Part shown: positions 41,701-50,741 of the stretch, one piece after another
Layout of the letters: the number at the start of each line of letters is the position of its first letter
Position numbering within the stretch: the first letter of the stretch is position 1
Source: Robbsia sp. KACC 23696
GTDB taxonomy: Bacteria; Pseudomonadota; Gammaproteobacteria; Burkholderiales; Burkholderiaceae
Direction of reading: 5' to 3'
Length of the DNA: 64,000 nt
Assembly: GCF_039852015.1 (NCBI RefSeq)
Contig: NZ_CP156626.1
Coordinates: 1,024,249 to 1,088,248, forward strand
Notes under the pieces: generated by a model
Told to the model about the DNA's origin: nothing
The model's input: only the letters and a program-made list of their open reading frames with translations
The model's database searches: none
Position numbers and translations under genes: made by a program

Positions 41701-41938
41701 CGGCTGGGTACATCGCTTTGGCGCGCAAGCGAACGCCTTGACTGCCGCCTTGGTCGAAGCACCCGCGTTTGGTTATCGCATCGAGGGGACGAAGATGGAT
41801 AGCGATCAGATGCGCTTGATGCTGGGCGGTACGGTGTCCTTGACCAAGTCCGCGTCCGTGACGTTGAAGGCCGGCACGCAGATCGGAGCGCATACCCATG
41901 CGTACGGTGTGAGCGGCGGCGTGAAGTGGCAGTGGTAG
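35714..41938 (+). CDS. Giant AIDA-I/TibA-like (self-associating) autotransporter adhesin: extended signal peptide, ~1650-aa passenger of imperfect 19-residue repeats, C-terminal beta-barrel translocator
   Basis: 2074 aa. The N-terminus MKPLSYRRRY…LISVFFAPEHAYA is an ESPR-like long signal peptide. The passenger is dominated by repeats such as SSGGVANSTTVNGYFANQTV and SGGTATSTTIASSSTMLVN. The C-terminal ~300 aa has alternating amphipathic beta-strands and ends …GVSGGVKWQW, an aromatic terminal residue typical of the autotransporter beta-domain. Confidence 0.85.
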   Translation: MKPLSYRRRYCVHTFGRRPQRLAGLTYAMLAGAGLISVFFAPEHAYADTVAAGQTSSGGSVSNGNPQLVYGTANNYSVYSSATQTVFAGGVTSGTTVYGTSGTQVVSSGGVANSTTVNGYFANQTVSSGGVANSTTVQYGSQSVLAGGHATGTTIGNAGSQTVAAGGTAQDTAVSSGGRLYVSSGGVANNVNQSSGGALITNTSATVNGSSVNGTFTISGNHASNVLVENGGYLTVLNGGSADATTIGRSGTLEVSSGGSATNVDQLAGGALVTDTSTSVNGSSTASGSFSISNNTATNVVVDAAGRLTVLSGGSANETSVLSGGTLVVGSGGTANDVDQRSGGALQTTTYNTVISGTNRNGTFSISAGSASNVVLENGGYLDTVGATSSFDTTVGSGGYQTVESGGAASNTTVQAYGRLTVAAGGSATMISRDNNGSIVTNTSATLDGTNTADGTDFSIASNAASGLELEYYGSLTVSSGGTATSTTIASSSTMLVNSGGSATSTTINGTGSATIAAGGSASAVALNSGGRLYVSGGATALEVTRADGGALITNTSATLAGHNVSDDTDFAISGNVATNVVIENSGSLIVNSGGVTSNTIVRNGGTVTVAVGGVTHATTISGGVTSNFGAEYDTVVSGGSDVTVGTASGTLVAGGTQYVSGTATATTITGGSQYISAMGTASGTTLTSGSQYVYGAATNTTVNGGQQSVGSGGRATSTTVSAHGTQTVASAGSASSTTVDSGGMLNLAAGGTATTLVVSSGGALITNTSATMTGTNADGQAMSIAGVSATNLILENGGALSVLSGGQSTATIVRSGGTETVASSATAHGTTVSSGGTQSVNGGVASATTVSSGGTQTLNYGSSIATVLDGGSQALNGGTATNTTVNAGGVQTVAGGIASGTTVNADGRQTITAGSAIGAVIEDGGQQVQNGGTTIGTTVSSGGAVTVNAGTASGTALLEGATMSINGGQSVGTTVNAGAEQTVISGSASSTTVLSGGLLTVSGGTAVQAVLSGGTANIGSGGKASGTTIRAGGVQTVASGGLASGSVVSSGGVQSLEDGATASGTVIASAGQEVVSSGASSYNGTVQSGGLQDVYGVTSGMLIAGGSQHLYDGASAISGSVTAGTQYVDDGAVVSGTVISGTGVQSVMSGGQANGVTVGGGSQIVASGASADATTITAGGLQTVAGSATNAVVSSGGTQTVSGGAVSGTTVAGGTQIVSSGGTATLTTLTGGNQIIGAGGSVTSTTLTGATQTITSGGVATSTMVNAGATQNVSAGGVVSNTTVASGGIQNVLSNGVASATTVGNGGTQNVASGGTASEVHVQSGGLQTITDGSIVTDITVESGGTQAVLTGGTASGTAVSSGGTQTVSSGGTINTAVSAGGTQTVADGGVSTSATVNGTQTVSGTGVVSGSQVSSGGSVIASSGGVATGTVVNSGGTLSVLGGGTSYATIVNSGGLEYVDGVIEGYAYGTTVNSGGVQEVAFGGYASGTTVHSGGVQTVDSAGSAVTTLLDGGAQIVSSGGYASATTLQANATQTIQAGGYATDSIVGSGTLIVYGTADAITTANGATITGTGVVDSALTMNSGSTLVANTIGSGLTVQGDLTLASGSTYAVSSNAQSQSGVTQVLGNVTLGSGATLAITALSGVYTAGLTYTVLTYTGTETGTFGTVTYNLAYLDPIVSYSGGTISYTLKEVADFARPAVRTNQAAFGNALTLAYRSNRLDPIALQLLPMTNDQARAALTSLSGDEALAFTQMAERRMNSAQYAVSDRLSLVAPAAQRSGDSGAVPTSRDAWASFSHDSTRAGGSDTSGTGSYIDRTFALSFGHDRQVSENLRAGAGISANDDTVSYGDRSSNARQDGAQLMLYGVYTPSATPFFIKGVASVGWWENTLTRNPTVGSLTGRTRGSFDTTGEALYLEAGMTVPTAFGTVQPYAGVSGGRYQQQGFAESTSAGSSVMDLRYNGTHTTAMSTLLGVRYAHSGITLGHSATSWQADAGWVHRFGAQANALTAALVEAPAFGYRIEGTKMDSDQMRLMLGGTVSLTKSASVTLKAGTQIGAHTHAYGVSGGVKWQW
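35900..40500 (+). repeat. Tandem imperfect 57-nt (19-codon) coding repeats, many tens of units (~70-85), within the autotransporter passenger
   Basis: Periodic recurrence of (S/A)GG-x-A-x-x-T-x-V-x-x-GG-x-Q-x-V units in the translation. Generates numerous spurious long antisense ORFs. Confidence 0.8.
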
Positions 41939-42056
41939 TCGGGCCGGCTTCGGCGATAGTGATCCGTCGCCGAACGCGAGGTGCCGCAGGAAAATAGCGA
42001 GAGGGGCCCGGAGCGCGGATCGAAAGGCGCGCGATCCGGGTACTTCAAGCCATGTA

Positions 42057-42926
42057 TCACCAATGCGGCAGCCAATCCGCCGTCGGTCCGCGCAAGCGTG
42101 CGCGGCGTTCGCCGTAGTCGGGCATTTCCCGCGCGACGATGGCCCAGAAGCGATCGCTGTGGTTCATTTCGCGCAAATGCGCTAGTTCATGAACGACGAC
42201 GTAGTCGAGCAGCGTCAGCGGCGCATGCGCCAGGCGCCAATGCAGGCGAATCTGGCCGGTGCTCGAACAACTGCCCCATCGCGTTCTTGCCGACGACAGA
42301 CCGACGGCCGCATAGCGCACGCCCATCCGGGCGGCATAATGGTCCAGCCGCGCCGCGAATACGCGCCTGGCCTCACCCTGTAACCATCGAAACAGCGCCA
42401 GTCGCACCGCGGCTGGATCGGACGGGTCGCGCAACATGATCGTCAAGGTCCGCATCGTCGGTTGCGCCAGGACTTTGGCGCTGCCGCGACCCGCGCCGCT
42501 CGCCATGCCGATGATCCTGAGCTGATACGGCTCGCCGAACACCGGGAAGGCCATTCCGTCCTGCCATTGGATCGGGCCGGACGGCTCCGCTTCGAGTTTC
42601 GCCAGCCAGTTATCGAGCTTACTGACGATCCAGTGCTGCTTCGACGCGATGGCCTCGTCGAGCACGCTCAGAGTCAGCCGCAGCGGTGCCGTGACGGTCA
42701 GCCCTTCGCGATCGATGACGAAGCCCACCGTACGTCTCGCGGAGCGTTTCAGCGTGTAGTCGATGACGCGGTCACCCAAGCGAATCTGACGTCGCTGGGC
42801 CGCGGCGGGCGCATGCCCGCGTGGCTTGGTTGCGCTCGGCGTTTCGCGTCCGCCTGCATCGCCGGCACGACCGGTCGTGCCGCCGTTCGTGCCGTTTCCG
42901 CGGCGAAAGAGATCAAGGAGTCGCAT
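42057..42926 (-). CDS. ygjP: M48-family metallopeptidase / YgjP-like (DUF45) zinc-dependent hydrolase
   Basis: HEXXH as VVHELAHLRE near the C-terminus. Start taken at MRLLDLFRR (42926). The Arg-rich upstream extension in the track ORF is probably not translated. Confidence 0.65.
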   Translation of the reverse strand: MRLLDLFRRGNGTNGGTTGRAGDAGGRETPSATKPRGHAPAAAQRRQIRLGDRVIDYTLKRSARRTVGFVIDREGLTVTAPLRLTLSVLDEAIASKQHWIVSKLDNWLAKLEAEPSGPIQWQDGMAFPVFGEPYQLRIIGMASGAGRGSAKVLAQPTMRTLTIMLRDPSDPAAVRLALFRWLQGEARRVFAARLDHYAARMGVRYAAVGLSSARTRWGSCSSTGQIRLHWRLAHAPLTLLDYVVVHELAHLREMNHSDRFWAIVAREMPDYGERRARLRGPTADWLPHW

Positions 42927-43719
42927 CGACGGTCGGCGTGACGGCGGACGTTGTCGCCGACGTGGCACGGACGCCCGATGCCGAGGGCGTGTCGGACGGA
43001 TAGGCCGCGGCATCGATGCGCCGCATCTCGGCTTCGATCCACGCCGCCACTTCCGCGTTGAGCTCGTCGTTGCTGCGGCCGGCCGTCGAAATCACCGGGC
43101 CGATCGACACGGTGACGAGCCCCGGCGTCTTGACCAGCTTGTTACGCGGCCAGACGCGACCGGCATTGTGCGCGATCGGCACGATATCGGCACCGGTGGC
43201 CATCGCAAAGCGGCTGCCGCCGGATTTATAGACGCCGGTGACGCCGGTGGGCGTGCGCGTGCCCTCCGGGAACATCACGACCGACGAACCATCGGCGATG
43301 CGTTCCTTGCCCTGACGGATCACCGACGCGAAAGCGCGCGGCCCCTGCTTGCGATCGATATGAATCATCTTCAGCAGGCCGAGTGTCCAACCGAAGAAGG
43401 GAATGTAGAGCAGGGAACGCTTGAAGACATAACACTGCGGGCCGCGCAGCAACGCGGGGATGGCAATGGTTTCCCAGGCCGACTGATGCTTCGACAGCAT
43501 GACCACCGGTCGGTCCGGTAGATTTTCTGCGCCGATCACACGGTATCGGATGCCGCAAATCACGCGCGCGCCATCAATCACCAACTTGCACCAGACGCTG
43601 ACCATCGACCAACGCTGATGGGCATTCAACAGCATGAAGACCAACAGACACGCTATTGCATAAAGCGGGGTCAACACCACCATATATAGCAGAAACAATA
43701 CGGAACGCAGCAAGCGCAT
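42913..43719 (-). CDS. plsC: 1-acyl-sn-glycerol-3-phosphate acyltransferase
   Basis: ATG at 43719 (MRLLRSVLFLLY…, TM helix), H(X)4D motif region …SKHQSAWETI…, …VMFPEGTRT…. Confidence 0.8.
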   Translation of the reverse strand: MRLLRSVLFLLYMVVLTPLYAIACLLVFMLLNAHQRWSMVSVWCKLVIDGARVICGIRYRVIGAENLPDRPVVMLSKHQSAWETIAIPALLRGPQCYVFKRSLLYIPFFGWTLGLLKMIHIDRKQGPRAFASVIRQGKERIADGSSVVMFPEGTRTPTGVTGVYKSGGSRFAMATGADIVPIAHNAGRVWPRNKLVKTPGLVTVSIGPVISTAGRSNDELNAEVAAWIEAEMRRIDAAAYPSDTPSASGVRATSATTSAVTPTVDATP

Positions 43720-43729
43720 GACTCCAACC

Positions 43730-44347
43730 TCAATCCACGTGATGCGCCAGAAAATCCAGCGCGAATTGCCGCAGGTCGTCATGGATGCGCGTACCCGGCG
43801 GCAGTGCATGGGTCGCGCTTTTCGTGTCGGCATCGGACAAGGTTTTCTCTCCCTTGCCGGTCTTGACCAGATGCGGTATGAAGCCTGCCGCGGCACCGCT
43901 TTGCAAGTCGCGCAACGCATCGCCGACCATCGGCACTTTGCTCGGGTCGTTGATGTCGTACCGCTCGGCAATCTCCGTCAGCATGCCCGGCAATGGCTTG
44001 CGGCACCCGCAGGCATCCATATTCGTATGCGGGCAGAAAAATACCGCTTCGATCCGCGCTCCGGCCGCAGCCGCGGCACGATGCATCTTTTCGTGGATGT
44101 CGTTGAGCATGGCGGTATCGAACAGGCCGCGGCCGATGCCGGACTGGTTTGTCGCGACGACTACCCGATAGCCCGCGCGGTTCAGCCGCGCGATGGCTTC
44201 AAGGCTGCCCGGAATCGGATGCCATTCATCCGGCGACTTGATGAAAGCGGCGGAGTCATGGTTGATGACGCCGTCGCGGTCGAGCACGACCAGCTTGCGG
44301 CCGTGCGCCGCGCCGCGCTGTCCGTCCTGATTGCCATATGCACCCAT
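43730..44347 (-). CDS. gmhB: D-glycero-beta-D-manno-heptose-1,7-bisphosphate 7-phosphatase
   Basis: HAD motifs I (…LDRDGVIN…) and III, plus the CxH…CxC zinc insert (…FFCPHTNMDACGCRKP…). Confidence 0.85.
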   Translation of the reverse strand: MGAYGNQDGQRGAAHGRKLVVLDRDGVINHDSAAFIKSPDEWHPIPGSLEAIARLNRAGYRVVVATNQSGIGRGLFDTAMLNDIHEKMHRAAAAAGARIEAVFFCPHTNMDACGCRKPLPGMLTEIAERYDINDPSKVPMVGDALRDLQSGAAAGFIPHLVKTGKGEKTLSDADTKSATHALPPGTRIHDDLRQFALDFLAHHVD

Positions 44348-44386
44348 AGATCCTCCGCCTGGATAAGCCCCGCCGCCCGATGCGCG

Positions 44387-46540
44387 TCAGCTGGCCAGTT
44401 TCGAGATGTCGGCCACCGCGTTCATCGCGGCATGCAGGTCGCGCAGCAGGGCGAGCCGGTTAGCCCGCAGCGCGGGGTCCTCGGCGTTGACCATCACGTC
44501 ATTGAAGAAGGCGTCGACGCTGCCACGCAAACCCGCCAGCACCGTCAAGGCCTGCGCGTATTCGCCGGCCGCACGGTGCGCACGCGCTTGCGGCGCGACA
44601 CGCTGCAAATCGTCATACAGCGATTTTTCCGCCGCTTCTTGCAGCAGTGCCACTTGCACACCGGACTCATCGGCCGATGCGTTCGAGAGCGCGCCGTCCT
44701 CCGATTTCTTCAAGATGTTGCCGATCCGCTTGTTGGCTGCCGCGAGCGCGTCGGATTCCGGCAGCGCCGCGAAGGCACGCACCGCATCGAGACGGGCGAT
44801 CACGTCGTCGAAGCGCGTCGGCGCGTCGGACAACACTGCTTCGATTTCGTTCGACGCATAGCCGCGATCACGCAACAGCGGTCGCAAGCGGTCGAGGAAG
44901 AAGCCGTACAACGCGTCCACCGGGTCCGTCACCGTGGCTATCGATGCGAACGGCGCATAGGCGGCGCGGAGCAGGGCGAGCAGATCGAGCGGCAATTGCT
45001 TTTCGATCAGGATTCGCAGCACGCCGAGTGCGTGTCGACGCAAGGCAAACGGGTCTTTTTCACCGGTGGGTGCCAGGCCGATGCCCCAGATACCGACCAG
45101 CGTTTCCAACTTGTCCGCCAGCGCCACGACGGTGCCCGTTGGCGTGGTCGGCAGCGTATCACCGGAGAATCGCGGCTGATAATGCTCCGAACACGCGAGC
45201 GCGACCTCGTCCGCTTCGCCGTCGTGACGGGCATAGTAGGTGCCCATCGTGCCTTGCAGTTCCGGGAACTCGCCGACCATATCGGTGATCAGGTCGGCCT
45301 TTGCCAGGCGCGCCGCACGGGCCGCCATGGTCAGGTCCGCGCCCATGCGCGGCGCGATGGACTCGGCGATCGCCACCATCCGTTCCGTACGCGCCAACTG
45401 CGAGCCCAGCTTGTTGTGATAGACGACATTGCCGAGCAGCGCGACGCGATCGGCCAGCGGCTTCTTCTTGTCCTGCTGGAAGAAGAAACGCGCGTCGGCC
45501 AGGCGCGGCCGAATCACCCGAGCGTTGCCCTCGATGATGTCCTGCGGCGTTTCCGTGTCGATATTCGATACCACCAGGAAGCGCGACCGCAGCTTGCCGG
45601 CGGCATCCGTCAAGGCGAAATACTTCTGGTTCGTCTGCATCGTCAGAATCAGACACTCCTGCGGCACCTCCAGGAAGGCTTCATCGAACTGGCAGGCGTA
45701 GACGCGCGGCCATTCGACCAGCGCCGACACTTCGTCGATCAGGCTTTCCGGCATCACGACCTGGTCGCTACCGGCGATGTCGTGCAATTGCCGCACGATC
45801 GATTCGCGACGCGCCGTCTGATTTGCCACCACGCGACCTTGCTGTGCCAGGACATCGGCATAAGTGTCGGCATTGGGCAGAACGATATCGCCGCTCGACA
45901 GGAAACGATGTCCCAGCGTCGCGCGGCCGGCCGGTAAACCGAATGCCGAAACCGGCACGATCGCCTCGCCGTGCAGGGCCGTCAGGCGTTTTACCGGACG
46001 CGCGAAATTGACGACTTCGACCTTGCCCGGTGTGTAGCGCTGATAAGTCATCATTTTCGGCACCGGCAGCTTCGCCAGTGTATCCGTCAGCGCCGACTGA
46101 AGGGCGTCCGCCAGAAATGCGCCGGGTGCCGTGTAGTTCAGGAACAGCGCCTCGGCCTTGCCGTCCGGCGCCCGTTCGAGTTCGTCGATGCCGATGTCGG
46201 GGAAACCCAGCGCTGCGAGCTTTTTCGTCAGCGGCGCCGTCGCCTGGCCATTCGCATCCAGCGCAACCTGTACCGGGAGCACCTTCTGCCGAACGCGTTG
46301 CTCGGCGCCCTGGGCGCGCACGCCTGGAATCAGGACGGCGAGCCGGCGCGGCGTGGAGAAGGCGGTGTAGACGGGGCCGCTGCCCGAGGGCGCGGCCGCG
46401 TCGGTGTCGAGCAGATGCTCGGCGGCCAGACGGGTGGCAATCCCGTTTGCAAAGGCTTCGCCCAGCCGGGCCAGCGCCTTCGGCGGCAGTTCCTCGGTCA
46501 GGAGTTCAACGAGTAGCGTGGCAGTATGCGTCATGGTCAT
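44387..46540 (-). CDS. glyS: Glycine--tRNA ligase beta subunit
   Basis: 717 aa, tetrameric-type GlyRS beta subunit, directly downstream of glyQ. Confidence 0.9.
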   Translation of the reverse strand: MTMTHTATLLVELLTEELPPKALARLGEAFANGIATRLAAEHLLDTDAAAPSGSGPVYTAFSTPRRLAVLIPGVRAQGAEQRVRQKVLPVQVALDANGQATAPLTKKLAALGFPDIGIDELERAPDGKAEALFLNYTAPGAFLADALQSALTDTLAKLPVPKMMTYQRYTPGKVEVVNFARPVKRLTALHGEAIVPVSAFGLPAGRATLGHRFLSSGDIVLPNADTYADVLAQQGRVVANQTARRESIVRQLHDIAGSDQVVMPESLIDEVSALVEWPRVYACQFDEAFLEVPQECLILTMQTNQKYFALTDAAGKLRSRFLVVSNIDTETPQDIIEGNARVIRPRLADARFFFQQDKKKPLADRVALLGNVVYHNKLGSQLARTERMVAIAESIAPRMGADLTMAARAARLAKADLITDMVGEFPELQGTMGTYYARHDGEADEVALACSEHYQPRFSGDTLPTTPTGTVVALADKLETLVGIWGIGLAPTGEKDPFALRRHALGVLRILIEKQLPLDLLALLRAAYAPFASIATVTDPVDALYGFFLDRLRPLLRDRGYASNEIEAVLSDAPTRFDDVIARLDAVRAFAALPESDALAAANKRIGNILKKSEDGALSNASADESGVQVALLQEAAEKSLYDDLQRVAPQARAHRAAGEYAQALTVLAGLRGSVDAFFNDVMVNAEDPALRANRLALLRDLHAAMNAVADISKLAS

Positions 46541-46664
46541 TCAAGAATCGATCCGGGACCGGAGCAAGCCCGTCCATTAATCCGTGCTGCAGCGGCATGA
46601 AGCGCGCAGCGTTGTCCGTCGCCGCGCGTCGTCACCGTAGGTCGGCAGCGGCGGACGCGCGGGT

Positions 46665-47606
46665 TCAGGCCGCTTTTGGCGGCGCGGCAGGCGTCATCAG
46701 CGCGCGTGTTTCGGGCGGCGCCATCGGGAAGCCGAGGGTTTCGCGCGACGTGTAATAGGCCTGCGCGACGGACCGTGCCAACGTTCGGATGCGGCCGATA
46801 TACGCAGCACGCTCGGTCACCGAGATGGCACCGCGGGCATCGAGCAGATTGAACGTATGGGCGGCCTTCAACACCATTTCGTAGGCCGGGAGTGCCAACG
46901 GCACTTCCATCAGCTTCTTCGCTTCGGCTTCGTACTGCGTGAAGAAATCGAACAGCATCGGCGCATTCGCGTGTTCGAAGTTGTACGTCGACTGCTCGAC
47001 TTCGTTCTGGTGGAAGACGTCGCCGTACTTCAGAACGCGTCGCTCGCCGTTCTCTTCCCACTCGGTCCAGACCAAGTCGTAGATATTCTCGACCTTCTGC
47101 AGATACATCGCCAGGCGCTCGATGCCGTACGTGATTTCACCGAGTACCGGCATGCAATCGATGCCACCGACCTGCTGGAAGTAGGTGAACTGCGTCACTT
47201 CCATCCCGTTCAGCCACACTTCCCAGCCCAGTCCCCAGGCGCCGAGCGTGGGGTTCTCCCAGTCATCTTCGACCAGTCGGACGTCGTTTTGTTGCAGATC
47301 GAGTCCGAGCGCCTTCAGCGAACCGAAATACAGTTCGATGATGTTGTCCGGCGCCGGCTTCATAACCGTCTGGAACTGGTAGTAATGCTGCAGACGGTTT
47401 GGATTTTCGCCGTAACGGCCGTCTTTCGGCCGACGCGAAGGCTGCACATAGGCGGCGCGCCAATGTTCGGGACCGATCGCGCGCAGGAACGTGGCGGTGT
47501 GCGACGTGCCCGCCCCAACTTCCATGTCGTAGGGCTGGAGGATCGCACAGCCTTGCTTGTCCCAGTACGACTGCAAGGTCAGGATGATTTGCTGGAAAGT
47601 GAGCAT
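46665..47606 (-). CDS. glyQ: Glycine--tRNA ligase alpha subunit
   Basis: [34 protein letters not shown]…, highly conserved GlyQ. Confidence 0.95.
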   Translation of the reverse strand: MLTFQQIILTLQSYWDKQGCAILQPYDMEVGAGTSHTATFLRAIGPEHWRAAYVQPSRRPKDGRYGENPNRLQHYYQFQTVMKPAPDNIIELYFGSLKALGLDLQQNDVRLVEDDWENPTLGAWGLGWEVWLNGMEVTQFTYFQQVGGIDCMPVLGEITYGIERLAMYLQKVENIYDLVWTEWEENGERRVLKYGDVFHQNEVEQSTYNFEHANAPMLFDFFTQYEAEAKKLMEVPLALPAYEMVLKAAHTFNLLDARGAISVTERAAYIGRIRTLARSVAQAYYTSRETLGFPMAPPETRALMTPAAPPKAA

Positions 47607-47748
47607 GGAAAAACGAAAAACGTCAAAAGCGGTCGGGAGCGGCGTGAGGCGGCTCGGAAACCCTCGATTCTAGCCTCTTTCACCGGGTCCCGGCCTGGGA
47701 TATTCCGGCCGACAGGCGCCTGGGGCGTCTGTCGGCGACCGTGGGCGT

Positions 47749-49551
47749 CTAGACGCGTCGTTTCCGGCCGGCGAAGAACGTGCCGAGCAAAACGAGCAGG
47801 GACACGATCAGAACGGGCACATTACCGAAGCGGATATAGGGCGTGGCGCCTTGCATGCCCTGCACCGTGGCGTCGAGCGCGCCGACCGTTTCCGTCGGCA
47901 GTCGCGCTTGGACATCGCCGTTTGCATCGATCGCCGCCGTCGTGCCGGTGTTGGTGGCGCGGATCACCGGGCGCTGCATTTCCAGGGCGCGCATGCGCGA
48001 AATCTGCAGATGCTGATCCAGCGCGATCGTGTTCCCGAACCAGGCGAGATTCGTCGAATTGACCAGCACGCCGGCCGGCAGCGCCTGGCCACGCAGATTG
48101 GCGGCGATTTCCTCGCCGAACAGATCCTCGTAGCAAATATTCACGGCGAAACGCTCGCCCTTGACGACGAATGGCGGCTGCACCGGGTTGCCCCGCGCAA
48201 AATCGCCGAGCGGAATCTGCATCAGATTGACGAACCAGCGGAAGCCCCACGGGACGAATTCGCCGAAGGGCACCAGATGATGCTTGTCATAGCGATAGAG
48301 CAAGGGCTGCCCGGGGCTCAGTCCGAACGTTGAATTCGTATAGGACGGATGTCCATCGCGCTCGATGACGCCGGCAGCACCGAGCAGAATCGACGAGCCG
48401 GTGCGATCGACAAAGGCGCGGGTGGCTTGCGCGAAGGCTTCCGGGGTGTCGTTGATCAGTATCGGCAGCGCCGTTTCCGGTGTGACGATCAGATCCGCCG
48501 GTTTCGCCGTGATCAGCTGCTGATACAGCGCCAGGGAATGATCGAGCCCCGATTGCGAAAACTTGATGCTCTGGCCGATATTCCCCTGCAGCAAGCGCAC
48601 CGTCAGCGGTGCGGTATCGGGATGGGTAAAGTGCAGCCAGCGCCCCCCGATGCCGAGTGCGACCAGCAGCACCGCCGCGGCGCCACAGGCCAGGCCGGTC
48701 GCGTTCGCATGGCGGCGCGCGCCGGCCACGCACTGCGCCAGCAGCGCGCCACAGGTCGCGGTGACGAAACCAACCCCGTAGACCCCGAGCAAGGAAGCGA
48801 GGCCGTTGAAGGGGCCGTCTACCTGGGCATAGCCGATCGATAGCCAGGGAAAGCCGGTGAACACGGTGCCGCGCAGCCATTCGCCCAACGCCCAGGTCGC
48901 GCCGAACAAGACGGCCGACAGGACAAGGCGCGCGAAGCGGCGCGCGCGCACCGGCCGGGTGGGCGTGCGATCCAGCCGCAGCGGACGCCACGGCAGGCCG
49001 CGAATCGGCATATTAAAAGCCGAGAGATCGGCGTCCGATACCTCGTTCGCGGCGTCCGGGTTGCGCGAGGCGGCCAGATTCAATGGGCCGACCGATGCCG
49101 GGTCATTGGAGAGCGGCGTCGCGACGAACCATGCGCCGGAGGCGAGCGCCGGATACACGGCGAGATAGGCGGAAAACAACACGACGGCAGCCGCGGCCAT
49201 CGGCGCGGGCATTTCGCCGTAGTGATGCATGCTGATGTACAGCCAATACAGCCCGCTGACAAAGCTGCCGAGGCCGAACAGAAAGCCGGTCGCCAAGGCG
49301 CTCAGGCGATCGCGCGACAGCGCCAGCAAGGCGAACAGGACGGCGAGCAGCGGCAATTGCAGCCAGCCGCCATGCGGCATCGGCGCGAAGGTGAGGGTCG
49401 AGACGCCGCCGAGGGCCAGCGCACCGACGCTGCGGCGCCAGCCGATGCCGGCCAGCGCGCCGCGTATGCGCGCCCAACGGCTCGGACGCCGCTGCGTCGA
49501 CACGCCGGATGTCGCCGGTTGGCTGCCTGTATCCTGGTTTTTGCGGCCCAT
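47749..49551 (-). CDS. lnt: Apolipoprotein N-acyltransferase
   Basis: Multi-TM N-terminal region plus CN-hydrolase domain (…VNICYEDLFGEE… contains the catalytic Cys). Carries a low-complexity periplasmic insertion (600 aa total). Confidence 0.85.
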   Translation of the reverse strand: MGRKNQDTGSQPATSGVSTQRRPSRWARIRGALAGIGWRRSVGALALGGVSTLTFAPMPHGGWLQLPLLAVLFALLALSRDRLSALATGFLFGLGSFVSGLYWLYISMHHYGEMPAPMAAAAVVLFSAYLAVYPALASGAWFVATPLSNDPASVGPLNLAASRNPDAANEVSDADLSAFNMPIRGLPWRPLRLDRTPTRPVRARRFARLVLSAVLFGATWALGEWLRGTVFTGFPWLSIGYAQVDGPFNGLASLLGVYGVGFVTATCGALLAQCVAGARRHANATGLACGAAAVLLVALGIGGRWLHFTHPDTAPLTVRLLQGNIGQSIKFSQSGLDHSLALYQQLITAKPADLIVTPETALPILINDTPEAFAQATRAFVDRTGSSILLGAAGVIERDGHPSYTNSTFGLSPGQPLLYRYDKHHLVPFGEFVPWGFRWFVNLMQIPLGDFARGNPVQPPFVVKGERFAVNICYEDLFGEEIAANLRGQALPAGVLVNSTNLAWFGNTIALDQHLQISRMRALEMQRPVIRATNTGTTAAIDANGDVQARLPTETVGALDATVQGMQGATPYIRFGNVPVLIVSLLVLLGTFFAGRKRRV

Positions 49552-50453
49552 CAGTCGTCGTGCACCTGACCGTCGGCATCGTGTTGCGACGGCTCGGGCA
49601 AGCGCGTCACCAGCAGCACGTGCAACTGCCGGGCGTCGCCGCGCAGGATCTCGAACGAGAAGCCTTCGATATCGACCGTTTCGCCGCGATGCGGTACCCG
49701 GCCGAAGCGATGCGTCACCAGGCCGCCGATCGTATCCGCTTCCTCGTCACCGTATTGCGCGCCGAACACCTCGTTGAACTGCGAGATTTCGGTCAGCGCG
49801 CGGACGCGGTAACGGCCGTCCGGTGCCGCGATGATATTGTCCTCTTCCTCGTCGAAGTCGAATTCGTCTTCGATATCGCCGACGATCTGTTCGAGCACGT
49901 CCTCGATCGTGATCAGCCCGGCCACGCCGCCGTATTCGTCGACGACGATCGCAAGGTGGTTACGGTTCACGCGAAAATCGTGCAGTAACACATTCAGTCG
50001 CTTGGATTCGGGGATGAAGACGGCGGGCCGCAACATGGCGCGGACATTGAACGCCTCGCGATGTTCCGGGGCCTCTTCCTTGTAGAACTGGAGCAGGTCC
50101 TTGGCGAGCAGCACGCCGATGACATTGTCGCGGCTGCCTTCGTAGACCGGATAGCGCGAGTGCGCCTTGTCGAGCATGAATGGCAGGAAGGTATCCGGCG
50201 ATTCGTCGATATTGATGGCATCCATCTGGGCGCGCGGCACCATCACGTCGCGTGCGCTCATTTCGGCGACCTGGAAAACACCCTCGATCATCGACAAGGA
50301 GTCGGCGTCGATCAGATTGCGCTCGTGCGCATCCTGCAGGATTTCGAGCAGCTCGGCCCGCGAATCCGGTTCCGGCGAGATCAGGTCGGTCAGCCGTTCG
50401 AGCAGGGAACGGGGTTTGTCAGGGGTGCGTCTACTAGGATATGGGTCGTTCAT
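49551..50453 (-). CDS. corC: Mg2+/Co2+ efflux-associated protein CorC/YbeX (CBS pair + CorC_HlyC domain)
   Basis: ATG at 50453 (MNDPYPS…). Two CBS domains and a C-terminal transporter-associated domain. The lnt-corC-ybeY-ybeZ synteny is conserved. Confidence 0.8.
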   Translation of the reverse strand: MNDPYPSRRTPDKPRSLLERLTDLISPEPDSRAELLEILQDAHERNLIDADSLSMIEGVFQVAEMSARDVMVPRAQMDAINIDESPDTFLPFMLDKAHSRYPVYEGSRDNVIGVLLAKDLLQFYKEEAPEHREAFNVRAMLRPAVFIPESKRLNVLLHDFRVNRNHLAIVVDEYGGVAGLITIEDVLEQIVGDIEDEFDFDEEEDNIIAAPDGRYRVRALTEISQFNEVFGAQYGDEEADTIGGLVTHRFGRVPHRGETVDIEGFSFEILRGDARQLHVLLVTRLPEPSQHDADGQVHDD

Positions 50454-50741
50454 GGTGGAGCGTCGCCGTCGGCGGCACATCTCGGCACCGTGATGCGCAA
50501 TGCCGCTCCCCACGTTGGCGGGCAGGCAGGCGCAGCAGCAGTCGGACGAAGGCGGCCGGGGTGTCTGGACGCAATGGTGACGTTCAAGACTGGGAGCATA
50601 CACTATCGGCGACGTTCGGCCAGAAAAGCGCGCACTCGGCCGAATCGCATGTCGTCTCGGTCAAGGACGAGGCCGAAAACATCGGGTTTTAGGGCTTCCC
50701 AGGCTGTTTTTTCGCCGGACGTCATCATCGCGTCATATTGA

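Noticed and set aside
35714-41938. Dozens of long antisense/alternative-frame ORFs inside the autotransporter (e.g. 37088..38740 −, 40040..41113 −, 37129..38292 −)
   Set aside because: They are generated by the high-GC, tandem-repeat coding sequence. They are Arg/Pro/Ala-rich low-complexity translations with no start or RBS context. The + frame encodes a coherent autotransporter.
43718-45937. 739-aa + strand ORF opposite gmhB/glyS
   Set aside because: Antisense artefact of a high-GC region.
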